A DNA stretch of 64,000 bases from the human T2T-CHM13v2.0 reference genome, Homo sapiens. This document shows, piece after piece, positions 30,670-43,409 of the stretch. The stretch lies in assembly GCF_009914755.1 (NCBI RefSeq), contig NC_060941.1; one strand, written 5' to 3'. The notes under the pieces were generated by a model. The model made no database searches. It saw nothing but the letters and a program-made list of their open reading frames with translations, and had not been told where the DNA came from. Every line of letters begins with the position of its first letter. Positions within the stretch are counted from its first letter, which is position 1. The position numbers and the translations under genes are program-made.

Positions 30670-30803
30670 GGCATGGGATATCTTCATGCCAAGGGCATCG
30701 TACACAAAGATCTCAAATCTAAGAACGTCTTCTATGACAACGGCAAGGTGGTCATCACAGACTTCGGGCTGTTTGGGATCTCAGGCGTGGTCCGAGAGGG
30801 ACG
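30670..30803 (+). CDS. KSR1: KSR1 kinase exon (HKDLKSKN catalytic loop, DFG)
   Basis: ctccag|GGCATG ... GGACG|gtgagt; [45 protein letters not shown]. Confidence 0.97.
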
Positions 30804-31540
30804 GTGAGTTGGTCTTGAGTGTCTGGGTGGGTTGTGGGTGCTGGATGGGGAAGAGCAGGGCTGAGGTCTGGGCACTTTCACTGTTTGTTGCTGAGCTGCA
30901 GCCCTCCCTGCAGGGAAGCCCAGGTCGCTTTGGTCCTGCCCTCGTAGTTCTGGTTCAGAATCAGATTTGGGTCGCGTTTGGATTCTCAGGCCGACTTCCA
31001 CGGAAACCAGGTCCCCACACTCACATTTGCCCTGGCTGTTCACCCGCTTGGCCAAGGAACCAGGTCATTTCCCCACGATGAGGAAGAGTGTCAAATTTTA
31101 TTTCCCCAAATCTTGAAGGGATTGGCATAGGGAGAAAGGCCCCTCCCCTCACATCTAGGGGAACCCAAAAGGGAGCATGGCAGCAAGGCTGCAAGGCCAG
31201 CCCCAGCCAAGTTTGAGATCCACAGGCAGATCAGGGTTCCTGGTTAGAGAGGCGCCTCATTCTCCAGCAGAGGGAGCTGGGCACCTTCACCAGCAGCTCC
31301 CTGTCAATATTTATCCATTCTTGCCCTGCTTTTCTAGAAACAACCGGTCATGACTCCTTTGTAGAATTCCTCAAAAGCACCGGTGCCTTTCCCAAGTGCA
31401 GGGTCAGTGTTCTGGGTCTGGGTGTGTTTTCTAAGCTGTGTGTGGGTGTTCTGCCGGCCCTGGGGCAGACCTGTGCCAGGCAGGCCTCTTTGCTGCCTGC
31501 TGAAAGGCCTGTGTCCTTGTCCCGGCTTCCTGGTCTCCAG

Positions 31541-31672
31541 GCGTGAGAACCAGCTAAAGCTGTCCCACGACTGGCTGTGCTATCTGGCCCCTGAGATTGT
31601 ACGCGAGATGACCCCCGGGAAGGACGAGGATCAGCTGCCATTCTCCAAAGCTGCTGATGTCTATGCATTTGG
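31541..31672 (+). CDS. KSR1: KSR1 kinase exon (WLCYLAPE ... DVYAFG)
   Basis: ctccag|GCGTG ... TTTGG|gtgagt. Confidence 0.96.
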
Positions 31673-31797
31673 GTGAGTAGGCCCCTGGTGCCCTGAGGCC
31701 AAGTGTGGCCAAAACAGAGGGCCCTGGTGGCCATTGGGGGCAGAGGGAGGCATGCTTTTAGGTGTTGAAAACCCAGGCTCTGGAGTAAAAAATCAAC

Positions 31798-31869
31798 CTT
31801 GAGTCCTGGCTCTGCCGCTTGTTGAGTGCATGGTCTTGAGTCCTGGCTCTGCCGCTTGTTGAGTGCATG
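31798..31869. repeat. 37-bp tandem duplication
   Basis: cttgagtcctggctctgccgcttgttgagtgcatg repeated exactly with period 37. Confidence 0.92.
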
Positions 31870-32069
31870 ACTATATCCTTGACCTGGAATAGCTCCTCCC
31901 AACAAGGTCATTTCATGAGGACTAAATCAGGTAATTGTGTGCAGTGCTTAACACTGGCTGTCAGCCCCACCCAGCTGATCTGGGAGGATGCTCACCAGAG
32001 CTGACCAAGAACTGCTCCTCCCAGTCTGGGGGAGCTGGATATCCTGCCGGCTCTGCTACCCCACAAAGA

Positions 32070-32410
32070 CCTGGGTGCTGACCAGTAGCAATATAATGTG
32101 AGCCCGATATAGAAGTTAAAGTTTTCTAATAGCCACATTAAAAAAGAAATGGATGAAATTAGTTTCCCCTGTTTATGTTTTATATATTATAAAACGATAT
32201 ATTTTATTTAACTCAATATATCCAAAATATTATTTCAACATGTAATCAATATACAAATTAATAAGATATTTTATATTCTTTTTTCCTACTAAGTCTTTAA
32301 AATCTGGTGTGTTTTCTGCCTAGAGCACCCCTCCATTCAACTGTGCACATTTCAGTCACTCAGTAGCCCCCCTGTGGCAAGAGGCTCCCACATTGGACAG
32401 TGTGGGTCTG
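32070..32410. mobile_element. MER33/MER3-like hAT-Charlie element
   Basis: ttttctaatagccacattaaaaaag...tttcaacatgtaatcaatat...cattggacag. Confidence 0.65.
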
Positions 32411-32967
32411 ATGGAGAAAGTCCCATCCCAAGTGAAGAAAGCCAAGGGGACGTAGAGAGGCCAAGGAAGGCTCACCACCCCGGTCACCTGTGCTGTATCT
32501 GGGTATCCTTCCCAGTGGGGTGGCCTTGGCGCCATCCTTCCTCCCTGACCTTTAACTGTATCCTTTCCTGAGCACCCATGTGTGCCAGGTGCTGGGCTTG
32601 GCAATTTAGTACTCCTCAAACAACCCTGTGACAAGAGACATTAGCCCCACTGAGGTGAAGCAGTTTTACTGGGATCTTGCAGCTAGAAGGTGGCAGAGCT
32701 GGATTTGTGCTGAGGTCAGAATGACCACCAAGGCTCCGGTCAAACCTGCGCTGTCTCAGACTTCCCACCCAACGAGAGCACAGGGCCCAGGTCCTCTAGG
32801 GCTGGGAGGAGCCTCCAGGAGCCCACTGTAGCATCCCCTGAAGCCAAGTGGGTGAGGAAGGCTGGAGAAGGGTCCTGATCCTCTGGCTGGGCTATGGCTC
32901 AAGGGCCCCTGGGCTTGAGCTGGGCACAGCGGCCCAGGAGCTCACAGACATGGCTGGGTCTCTGCAG

Positions 32968-33103
32968 GACTGTTTGGTATGAGCTGCAAGCAAGAGACTG
33001 GCCCTTGAAGAACCAGGCTGCAGAGGCATCCATCTGGCAGATTGGAAGCGGGGAAGGAATGAAGCGTGTCCTGACTTCTGTCAGCTTGGGGAAGGAAGTC
33101 AGT
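32968..33103 (+). CDS. KSR1: KSR1 kinase exon ([12 protein letters not shown]...SLGKEVS)
   Basis: ctgcag|GACTG ... GTCAGT|gtaagt. Confidence 0.96.
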
Positions 33104-33641
33104 GTAAGTAGTACCTGCCCTGGGTGGAGCAGTAGGGCTGGAGGTGGGGTGGGGCATGTGGCATGGCTGCCCTTCACTCACCCACCTGAGAAATGGGGTC
33201 GGTGAGGAGCTCTGCCACCTGCACGTGTCTAGCTAGAGATGAAAATGATATGCATTGCCCGGGAATGGGGAAGGAACAGGGAGGCATAAATAAGAAAATA
33301 TCTATCCTCACCCCACTGCTCACCCTTTTCATTCCTTTCAGTCTTTTTTTTTTCTTAAAGATAATGGTTTTCATTGATTTATGAGATGAAAAGAAAGTAA
33401 AGCCCCATGTTATTTACATGAAAGAAGATAATTTTTTTTAAAAAAATCACTGCTGAAAATACAAATAGTTGTGCTATGCTGTGGTATTAAATCTTTCCTC
33501 ATAATGTTTTTCTTGACTATTAAGAACAAATCAAAGTTTCCACAGCAAACTTGTTTTCAAAAAACCAAGTCTTAATTATAGTGGCCGACTTCTCATTTCT
33601 ACATGGTTTCTCCTTAATGGATTCTCTGTGTTTGTAAGTTT

Positions 33642-34055
33642 TGTCAGGCTAAATAAGAGAGAGAGGCTCTCAAAAGATGTTTATTTGGAAATAGAGCGTT
33701 GCACTGGGAATATGCATGCCATGGTGAATGGCTTGCTTATTCAGGGAGGTAAAGGAAAAAATGAAGAGGATTACACAATTATTTTGACATATTTAGTAGT
33801 TTTCCCTGGCTACAGAGATGAGTAACAAGAGTGATGTCAGTCCAAGGTTAGACAGGTTGTTTGAGGCAGATGTCCTTGTAGGAGTATTTTTGTATAAGGT
33901 TGCCATGGCCTTCGTACAAGGTTGCAGTTTTTGCAGTCTTTAGTGGTAGTTTTTGTTATCAGACATACAAGCCCAAGAAGCCTCTCTTCATGGCTTTCCC
34001 AGGCCCGATTTGTCAGAGTTTTCTTCACATTTGTGACTCTCTTTTGATTCTGACA
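33642..34055 (-). mobile_element. ERV1 (MER4-group, MER90/MER67-like) solo LTR inside the ITM2B pseudogene
   Basis: TGTCA...TGACA termini, AATAAA on minus strand (33680-33685), degenerate 4-bp TSD GTTT/GCTT; ITM2B homology resumes on both sides. Confidence 0.75.
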
Positions 34056-34763
34056 GCTTTCAGTTTCCTTTATCACAGCACAGTGATATATAAAGAAACT
34101 CCAGGGCTTGGTGTTTTCAGTGCCATCAGTGATAGCCATGTGTCCATGAATCAGATAGGATTGGGACAGAACAGCCTTGATGTTAATAAGCAACTCCAGT
34201 CAGTATTTGGGCAGCATAACAATTGAAGTCTTCAGAGGGACCACCCAGCACTTGTCCAGGCTAAGATACAAACAGGCTGTGAGCTTCTTGTTAAGGTCAT
34301 GAACATTGCTGGCAGGATCACTGTCTGTCTGCAGACTCTGTCTGCAAATTTGCAGTGATGAATTCAACCTCATCGTCCTCCAAGTTCTTAATAGATGGTA
34401 ATATTTTTCTCAATTGACTGGTGGCAAGCAGCTAGGGCGTCTTCAGAAGGCTCACTCAAGATGACATTATATCTGATCTACTTTATTCCACAGTAGTATA
34501 TGTCATCTTGTTGAAGTGCAAAATATTTGTACGGGGATGCCCCTCCAAAGATGACACCAAAATGCTATTTAACAACACGAACAGCAGGCTCCTCTTTGGC
34601 CAGTTGATACCATTTCATCTGGGGTGCTGGGCAAGGGCCATGGGTGATGAGCACTTCTCTGACACTCTGAGGCCCGTCCTTCTTGGCCTCCTTCTGGGCC
34701 AGGGCCAGTTAAACACCACCTTCACCTTGGTGCATCCTCGGGTGCCTTAGGAGCGTGTGGTGG

Positions 34764-35175
34764 TGATGCAGAATTTTTTGCTCCTTAGCTCAGCTAAAAT
34801 CCAGGTTCTTGTCTCATGACCAGGAAAAATTAGGCATGCGGACACATTGAAAGGTGAGGAGAGTGGAATTCATTAAAAGAAACCTCTCAGCAAAAAAGAG
34901 GGGGTCCTCCCAACAGGCTCCCATCTCACAGATTGAATATCAGGCCACCACACACGAGCTGAAGAGGCCAGGCTCCTCCCCTGCATAAGGCGCGAATTCC
35001 TGGTGGCTCCACCCTATTCCCCCAGTGCATGTGGGTCTCCAGTCCATTGTGGGTGTACCCAGGCAAGACCCTGTGCAGGTTCCCTCATCTGCACAAAAAC
35101 ATCTGTTGTAAACACTTGTGGGGCAGGATGGAGGTTCTCCAGGGACCCTTCTTTATCTGCCTCCTGCAACTGTCA
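34764..35175 (-). mobile_element. MER48-like ERV1 solo LTR inside the ITM2B pseudogene 5'UTR
   Basis: TG...CA termini, perfect 4-bp TSD GTGG (34760-63/35176-79), 412 bp. Confidence 0.78.
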
Positions 35176-35289
35176 GTGGGCTCAAGATACAGGTTTTGGG
35201 CTCCTGGCTGTGGCTGCAGCCTCCTTGGCTGAGCTCTGGGGCAGCTCAGATGGCAGCTGAAGTAACCACTGCTTTCCAGTCTTTTTAAA

Positions 35290-35575
35290 TTTTTTTTGAA
35301 GCAGTTTTGCTCTGTCGCCCAGGCTGAAGTGCAGTGGCACGATCTTGGCTCACTGCAACCTCTGCTTCCCAGGTTCAAGTGATCTCCCGCCTCAGCCTCC
35401 AAGTAGCTGGGATTACAAGCATGCACCAAAATATCCAGCTAATTTTTGTATTTTTAGTAGAGATGGGGTTTCACCATGTTGGCCAAGCTGGTCTCAAACT
35501 CCTGGCCTCAAGGGATCCATCTGCCTCAGCCTCCCAAAGTGCTGGGATTACAGGCATGAGCCCCCATGCCTGGCA
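35290..35575 (-). mobile_element. Alu inserted at the ITM2B pseudogene target site
   Basis: Reverse Alu consensus, flanks AGTCTTTT on both sides. Confidence 0.9.
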
Positions 35576-38500
35576 TAGTCTTTTAAAAAAATATTTAAGA
35601 CATACATATCATAAAACCTAGCTGATTTTTTTATTGTGACTTTTTCCACATGACATTTTATTATGCTCATTACCTCAAATCATTAACAAATCCTTATTGT
35701 TAAGACTGTCTGCCCTTATGTCCTGTGGCCGCACCATAATGTAACTACTTCTGTCACTGGACATGGGGATTCTTTCCAGTTTTAACCTCTCTTTACAAGA
35801 GTTAGCAAGGACATCTTTGTATAAACCAGAGTATTATGTATATTTGTTGCATCTGAGAGAAAAGATATTCTTCGTTCTGCCCTCCTGGCAACAGTTTGTT
35901 TCCTTTCTGCATACTTAGCATCTTGGAGCAGAGAATGGTAAGTGCCATCTTCAGGGAGGCAAAGGCTGGAGCAGAGCTGAGCAAAGGGCTGCAAGGGAGT
36001 CAAGGCTCGGCACTGGCTGCAAGTTGGAATCATCTGGGAGCTTTATAAAAATGCCAGGGTTAAGGCCTCCCCCACAGAGGTACCAATTAAATTGGCCTGG
36101 GATGGGAATAAGATCATAGTTTTTTTATTTTTTATTTTTAAATAAAGCTCCTCAGATCATTCTAGAGCACAGCCAGAGTTCTGAACTAATTGGAAGGATT
36201 TCTTTTAGTGCGGGGTGATGGTTGTTTTGAGACCAGTGTGGGATCAGGGCGTGGGGAGTGGGGAGAGAGCAGATGCTCCGGCAGCAGCTTGTGGCTCACA
36301 GGAGTTCCCTTTCTTTTGTCCAGTCTTGCCTTCCCTTTTTAACACATTGCTATTAGGGGTAGGGGAACATTGGTCAACGCAATAAAATTATTTTCTGTCA
36401 TAGACAAAAGCTGGGAGTGCCCTCTGAGTGATGCCTTTCTCTGTCTCTCCAGCCACACTGCTGTATAGTTCACCACCAGGCACTGCTTTATGTGCTGAGG
36501 CAGCCAGTGAGTTATTAATCATTGTATTTAAGGGTCCATGCATATGGGAAGACATCAAAAGACCAGAGGGTTCTTAATGAAAACCAGCAGTCCCTCACCC
36601 TAGATCATTCTCCAAAGGCATCACCTGGGTCTATCAGCTTTTCACTCTGGCACTCCGTTATTTCTGCTGCACCACTTTGGTCAGCTCTCCCATTACTTAT
36701 TGTTAAGGTTGCCATGATTAAATCTTCCATGCTGTGCCTGTTGATGGAGGCTGAAAGTGAAAAGATGATGAACAGTGTATACACTACTATAGTAGACTGT
36801 AAGTGGTATTAGCCACTGGTCAGATGATTCACTGGGATTACATTTTCTTTGTGGGTCCATCTCTTCCACTTCATCAATTACTCAAAGGCTCACAATTTTG
36901 TTGGCTTCACATTTGGACCATGGCTTTCTTGTGCAGTTTAGGTTTTTCCTGTAGTTTCTAATTGCCTTCTTTTTTCCTTCTTGCCTTTTCTTATTGCTGA
37001 GAGAAGAAACAAACACCTTTCTCATATTCCTGAGGTCTTTCAGCTTCTGCATTCTGCTTCCTAAATGGAATCTGTTACATTCTTTTCAGAGTCCACTGGT
37101 TTCTTGTCGTTGGAATCAATGGGATATTAGGCCTGCTGCACAGCTGTTACCCTTCTGTTTTCTTTTCATTCACTCCTGGGTCAGTTGCACTATTCTTTAT
37201 GTCTCATATCGTGCCCTCTCTTTATTTGCACTCCAGCAAATAAACTGCGAGTGAAACCTGAAAAAACTGCCTCCCAGTGGAAGAATGGGAGATAATCTTT
37301 GAATCCTTGCATGCCTAAAATAGTTATTATTTCATCCTCATATCAGGAGTAGAATTCCAGATTCATAATAATTTTCCCTGAGAACACAGGGATTTTGCCC
37401 TGCTGTCTACTAAGTGTCCAGTGCCTTGTTGAGAAGTCTGGTGTTGGTCTGATTCTCAACCATTTGTGGATGCCTATCTTACTCTTTCTGGAAGCATCTA
37501 GGATTTTCTGTTTATGCCTGCTATAGTGAAATTTCATAAACATATATCTGAGGGTAGAGTTTTTTTGTGTGTTTGTTTGTTTTTTAACTGTTTTTAGTGA
37601 GGTCCCTTTATTGGACCTTTTCAGCTGAAGACAGCTGCTACCTTTGAAAGCTTCTGGTAAATTTTCTTTTATTATTTCTTTGATAATTTCCTGCCCAATA
37701 GTCTGTTTACTTTTGTGGAAATCCCCATTAGACAGAATTTGGTTCTTCTTAGTGAGCCTACATTTCTCTTACCTTCTTTTGTATTTTCCATCCCTTTCTA
37801 GAATTGAGCCTACAGTCTGGGGGATTTCCTTGATTTTTATCTTCCAGCACTTTTAATGTTTCAGTTCAGAAATTATATTTTCATTTCAAGCACTTTCTTA
37901 TTTGTTGATTTCTTTTTTATTGCAGCCTGGTCTTGTTTTATGGATAGAGCAGCTGCTTCACACAAATGTACACACACACACATGTACACCCCATATCCTC
38001 CAGAGACAGTATCTTGATCTGCTTATCTTTGATCTCTCTCTGGTTTTCCTGATACGGCAGGCAACCCCATGGGGTCCAGTTGTATTTAAGAGCAAAAGCC
38101 TGAGTTGCTGAGTCTGTGTGGGTGTATGTGTCCTGCCTGGTCGTATGTGCAAGAAATAGGCCTTTCCTCACAGGCAGCTCTGAATCAGAAGGCTGCAGGG
38201 CCGTGCTGGTACACATGTGGATCCTGAGAGTAGGCAGCAAAATGCCACAGCAAGAAGGGCTTTGCTCTGGGGGCAGTCGGGACAGCTGTTCTGCTGACTC
38301 TTAGCTGCTGCCCGTATATCGAGTCTTCTTGTCACTCCAGCCGCCATTCTAGTAATGCTGAGGCTCCCTCGTCCACTGCAGCCCCGCCTTGCGCATATTC
38401 CGAGCATCTTGCATTTCACCTGTGAACGTTGTACCTTGCACTTTGCATCTTCAAAAAACCAACAGCCCCATTTCTGATCTCTTTCCCATTGCTGGTGTGT

Positions 38501-38768
38501 TCATCATGGTTACTCTTATTTTGGGGTGAGCATGGATCTAAGAAGGAAGGAGGTGAGGTAATCTCATGCATTCCATGTTGAACCAGAAGCATGAGTGGTT
38601 CTCTGAAACCCAGTTACTTCTCACCCCTTCATGTCGGCAGGGTGTTCAGGGGGCCGCCAGTTAGAGGGCACTTGAGAACATCGAAGGGACCCTTTGTGGA
38701 GCACCCCTACTGTGTGCCCCCTCCCTCCCAGCCAGCTCACACACCACTAATGGCAGCTCCATTTGCAG

Positions 38769-38902
38769 GAGATCCTGTCGGCCTGCTGGGCTTTCGACCT
38801 GCAGGAGAGACCCAGCTTCAGCCTGCTGATGGACATGCTGGAGAAACTTCCCAAGCTGAACCGGCGGCTCTCCCACCCTGGACACTTCTGGAAGTCAGCT
38901 GA
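38769..38902 (+). CDS. KSR1: KSR1 last common coding exon ([17 protein letters not shown]...[11 protein letters not shown])
   Basis: ttgcag|GAGATC ... GCTGA|gtaagt; phase-2 donor. Confidence 0.96.
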
Positions 38903-38980
38903 GTAAGTGCCTCTTCCATGAGCCAGACTGCCAGCCAGGCCCTCGCAGCCTCACCTGGGGTCTTAGAGGGCACCTTCTGA

Positions 38981-39320
<340 letters not shown>

Positions 39321-40334
39321 TGAGGAATACACACAGTAGGTCACCCAGAGGTGACTAGTCCCCTTGCCCAAGTGATACGAGGATTTCGTTTACCACATTT
39401 ATTTTGGAGACTCCCTTTGACAGGTGAGCACCTCCAGTTTGCCGCTATGAAATACTACATCATCACTATTAGCAGACCAGCACTGATACCAGGCCAGGCC
39501 AGGACTAGAAGGCTCTGCTGAGGGAGGGGCAAGATGGGGCCAGTTAGATAGAAATTAGAGTGATGTGGTATTATAAGCTTCACTGAAATAAGCAGAGTCA
39601 ATATTGCTTACAATGGCACCCACCGAAACACAAGAAGCCAGCCACCTCTTATGGGGACCACAGTCACTTGGGTTTAGAAGCTCTCTCCCTCCTGGTTTAA
39701 CACACAGCCCTTTGCACCCCTTGGTGCAGGGGTGATGTCCACCAGGTCACAGGCCACTGTCGTCTCTCCTGCATTCTATCTCATTCCCTTTTTCCTTTGT
39801 CTTCTGGCTGCCTCTGCTAGAACACTCAGAAGAGACCTCTGCTCTGTCACGAATGCTCTGTGAGAACCTGGGAAGTTTGTTCTGGGCCTCAGTTTCCACG
39901 GCATTAAAAAGTCTCTGGGCTAGGGGTTGGGCCAGGTCTAGGGCAGGTAAACTGGCTGTAAGGGGCCAGGTGAATATTGGAGGCATTGCAGGCCAAGAGG
40001 GCAACTCAAGTCCTCACTCTGGGGCTGACTTCGGCAGTGGGCCGAGCACCATCTCTGTCACAGCATCTCAGCTCTGCCGTCGCAACACGGGAGCAGCCAC
40101 GGACAGCATAAACCAGGGAGCTGGCTGTGTGCCAGTAAGACTTAATGCTGGAAACTGGGATTTCACATGTCATGAAATAGTCTTCTTTTGGTATTTTTGC
40201 CCCCCAACCATGTAGAAAGTGAATCGCTTCATCTCACCCAGGAGTCCAGCCTGTAGGTCAAGTATGGCCTGCCACCTGTGTCTGTACAATCTGCAAACTA
40301 AGAATAGTTTTAACTTTCTGAAAAACTTTCCAAA

Positions 40335-41562
<1,228 letters not shown>

Positions 41563-42666
41563 TAAAGAAATGCTTGGTTCTTCACTGATTCAGGCCAGGT
41601 AGAGGGATGGTCTGGAGGAACGACTGTGTGGGGTTAGGGAATACCATGTCTCATGCAATACTGGGTTCAGTATTTTGCTCTTAGGATGGGTCGGAGTCCA
41701 GTACAACTGTGGGGTAATGGATCGTAGCCATAGAGGTATACATTTTAGGCAGCCATTGCTGCACACCTGCCGCATGCCTGCACACCTGCCGCATTGCTAC
41801 ACAGATGGCCGAGGCCAGGGTTCCACCAGCAAGGAGATTGCAGTGTCCTAAAGACAAACAGACACACTGTAATGAAACCTGCACACATCAGGACTCTTTC
41901 TTGTCACCTTTGTATTCCTGGCTCCTAGTACAGTCCCAGGAACATTATAGTTGGGCACTAAATATTTAATGTGCATGAATGAATGTGAGCAAAGGGTGAT
42001 ACCATGCCAAGTGCTGTGATAAAGCCCAGATGGGGGCCTCTGCATCCACCTGGGGGACAGGAGGAAGAGTCTCTGGAAGAAGGTCGTCAGGGCTGGGTTT
42101 TGAGCCAGAACTATCCCAGCAGAGACCAGGAGCATGGGGCTCTTAGCAGTTCAAGGAGGGTGATGTGAGGCAGCGAGGCCAAGCTCTAATCAGACCGTGG
42201 GCAACTTGCTTAACAAGCTGGGCCCTGGTTTTCTCCGTGACGAAAGAAAAGGCTCCACTAGGTGGACACTGGCATTCAGAACATCATTCCAGATTCCCCA
42301 AAAACCATATAGTCCCACCTTCTCATTTCACAGGCAGGAAACTGAGTCACAGATGGGGCTGTTCCCTGCCCAGCCCCTTCGAGGAAAGCATGCGGGCTTT
42401 CCTTTCCTGAATGAGTCTGTGTCAAAGCTTCCTGTTCACAGTGTTTACTTTCTACACGCTTGCCCCCTAATTCTCACTTTCTCTTTTCTTTCCATTGATC
42501 TTGTCACTTTTTTATTTTCGGGGGGTGGCGGATGTGCTGTTCTGTCATCTCCCACTTTCCCATCACCTGATTCCTCCACCTGTCCACACGTGCCTGACTC
42601 CATCACATGCCGGGGCCGGACTGCGCTCTTCCCACGCCTGGTGGAATGGTCGCTGGGCACTCCCAG

Positions 42667-42748
42667 TCGCTGGAGGAGCCGCTACTATGGAAAAGGACGC
42701 TACGGCCACCCTGACTTTAAGAGCTCCTGTCCGATTCTGGAGGAATAG
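42667..42748 (+). CDS. KSR1: Candidate alternative KSR1 terminal coding segment (D-RWRSRYYGKGRYGHPDFKSSCPILEE*)
   Basis: tcccag|TCGC is the first AG after a 223-nt AG-free zone with CCCTAAT plus pyrimidine tract; in frame with the 38902 donor. Confidence 0.55.
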
Positions 42749-43402
42749 TGTGTTCCTGTTACTTCCTTCGCTGGCTGCCTGTCTCTGGTTTTCCTGACAC
42801 AAGCCCTGCTTCCTTTCTGTCGCCGCTTCCCAGCTTCTCCCATCTTTGTGTCATTTATTCTCGCAAACCAAAGTGAGGTTTCTGCAGCTGAAATGGCTTC
42901 CAGCAAGGGTCACACAGGCTTGCATTTTTCGCTGGGTGAGAGAAGAGCCACAGCATGTGGCGGGGCCTTTGTCCACACCATGAGTGAATGGGTGGCTTGT
43001 CCCTGGGTCGGAGAAAATTCTGGTCATTGATTTGAGCCCCCAGGATCCCAGTCCCCCTGGCCAGAGCTCAAGAGAAGAGAATCCAGTTAAGCAGAAATAC
43101 TCTTGGAAGTAGATTTTACTCGTCAAGGGCTAAGGAGCTGTGGGCATGTTCCATCCTCTTTATAAACGTGCTGCAACTGTGCCCTGCGGGAGCTTAGAGA
43201 GGGTTCTTTGTGCCCAGGATCCCTTCTGAGCATGCAGTGCAGCCAAGCCTGGGGGATGGAGTCCAGGATGGCCCTTTCTCTCTGGAAGAGAAAGGGAGTC
43301 CCCTGCCCAGCTGCTCTGGCCAGACCTCTAGCTCCCGACAGGCTCTGCATTGGGGCTATGATTCTGATGCTGTTCTTTGCTTTCTTCTCTTTCCCTCTGT
43401 AG

Positions 43403-43409
43403 GTTGTAG
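43403..43409 (+). CDS. KSR1: KSR1 alternative terminal acceptor, short C-terminus (KSAEL*)
   Basis: Strong pyrimidine tract, ctgtag|G TTG TAG; GA+G=E, L, stop. Confidence 0.88.

Larger units (their letters stand above)
33344..35271 (-). pseudogene. ITM2BP1: ITM2B (BRI2) processed pseudogene, full length, interrupted by two solo LTRs (probably ITM2BP1)
   Basis: Minus strand gives VKV.FN..LAQKEAKKD, YKYFALQ, LLINIKA..SQSYLIH.HM.ITD and FENKFAVETLICS* (stop 33520-33522); intronless; poly(A) remnant 33344-33353; start codon mutated to AAG (34726-34728); TSD CTTTC(C)AGTCTTT. Confidence 0.88.

Noticed and set aside
33642-35175. ITM2B captured by a single LTR retroelement
   Set aside because: The two LTRs are unrelated in sequence, each has its own TSD, and ITM2B sequence extends outside both
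41759-41796. 19-bp tandem duplication, and also (CTGTC)n at about 53015-53037
   Set aside because: Ordinary slippage repeats with no sign of function
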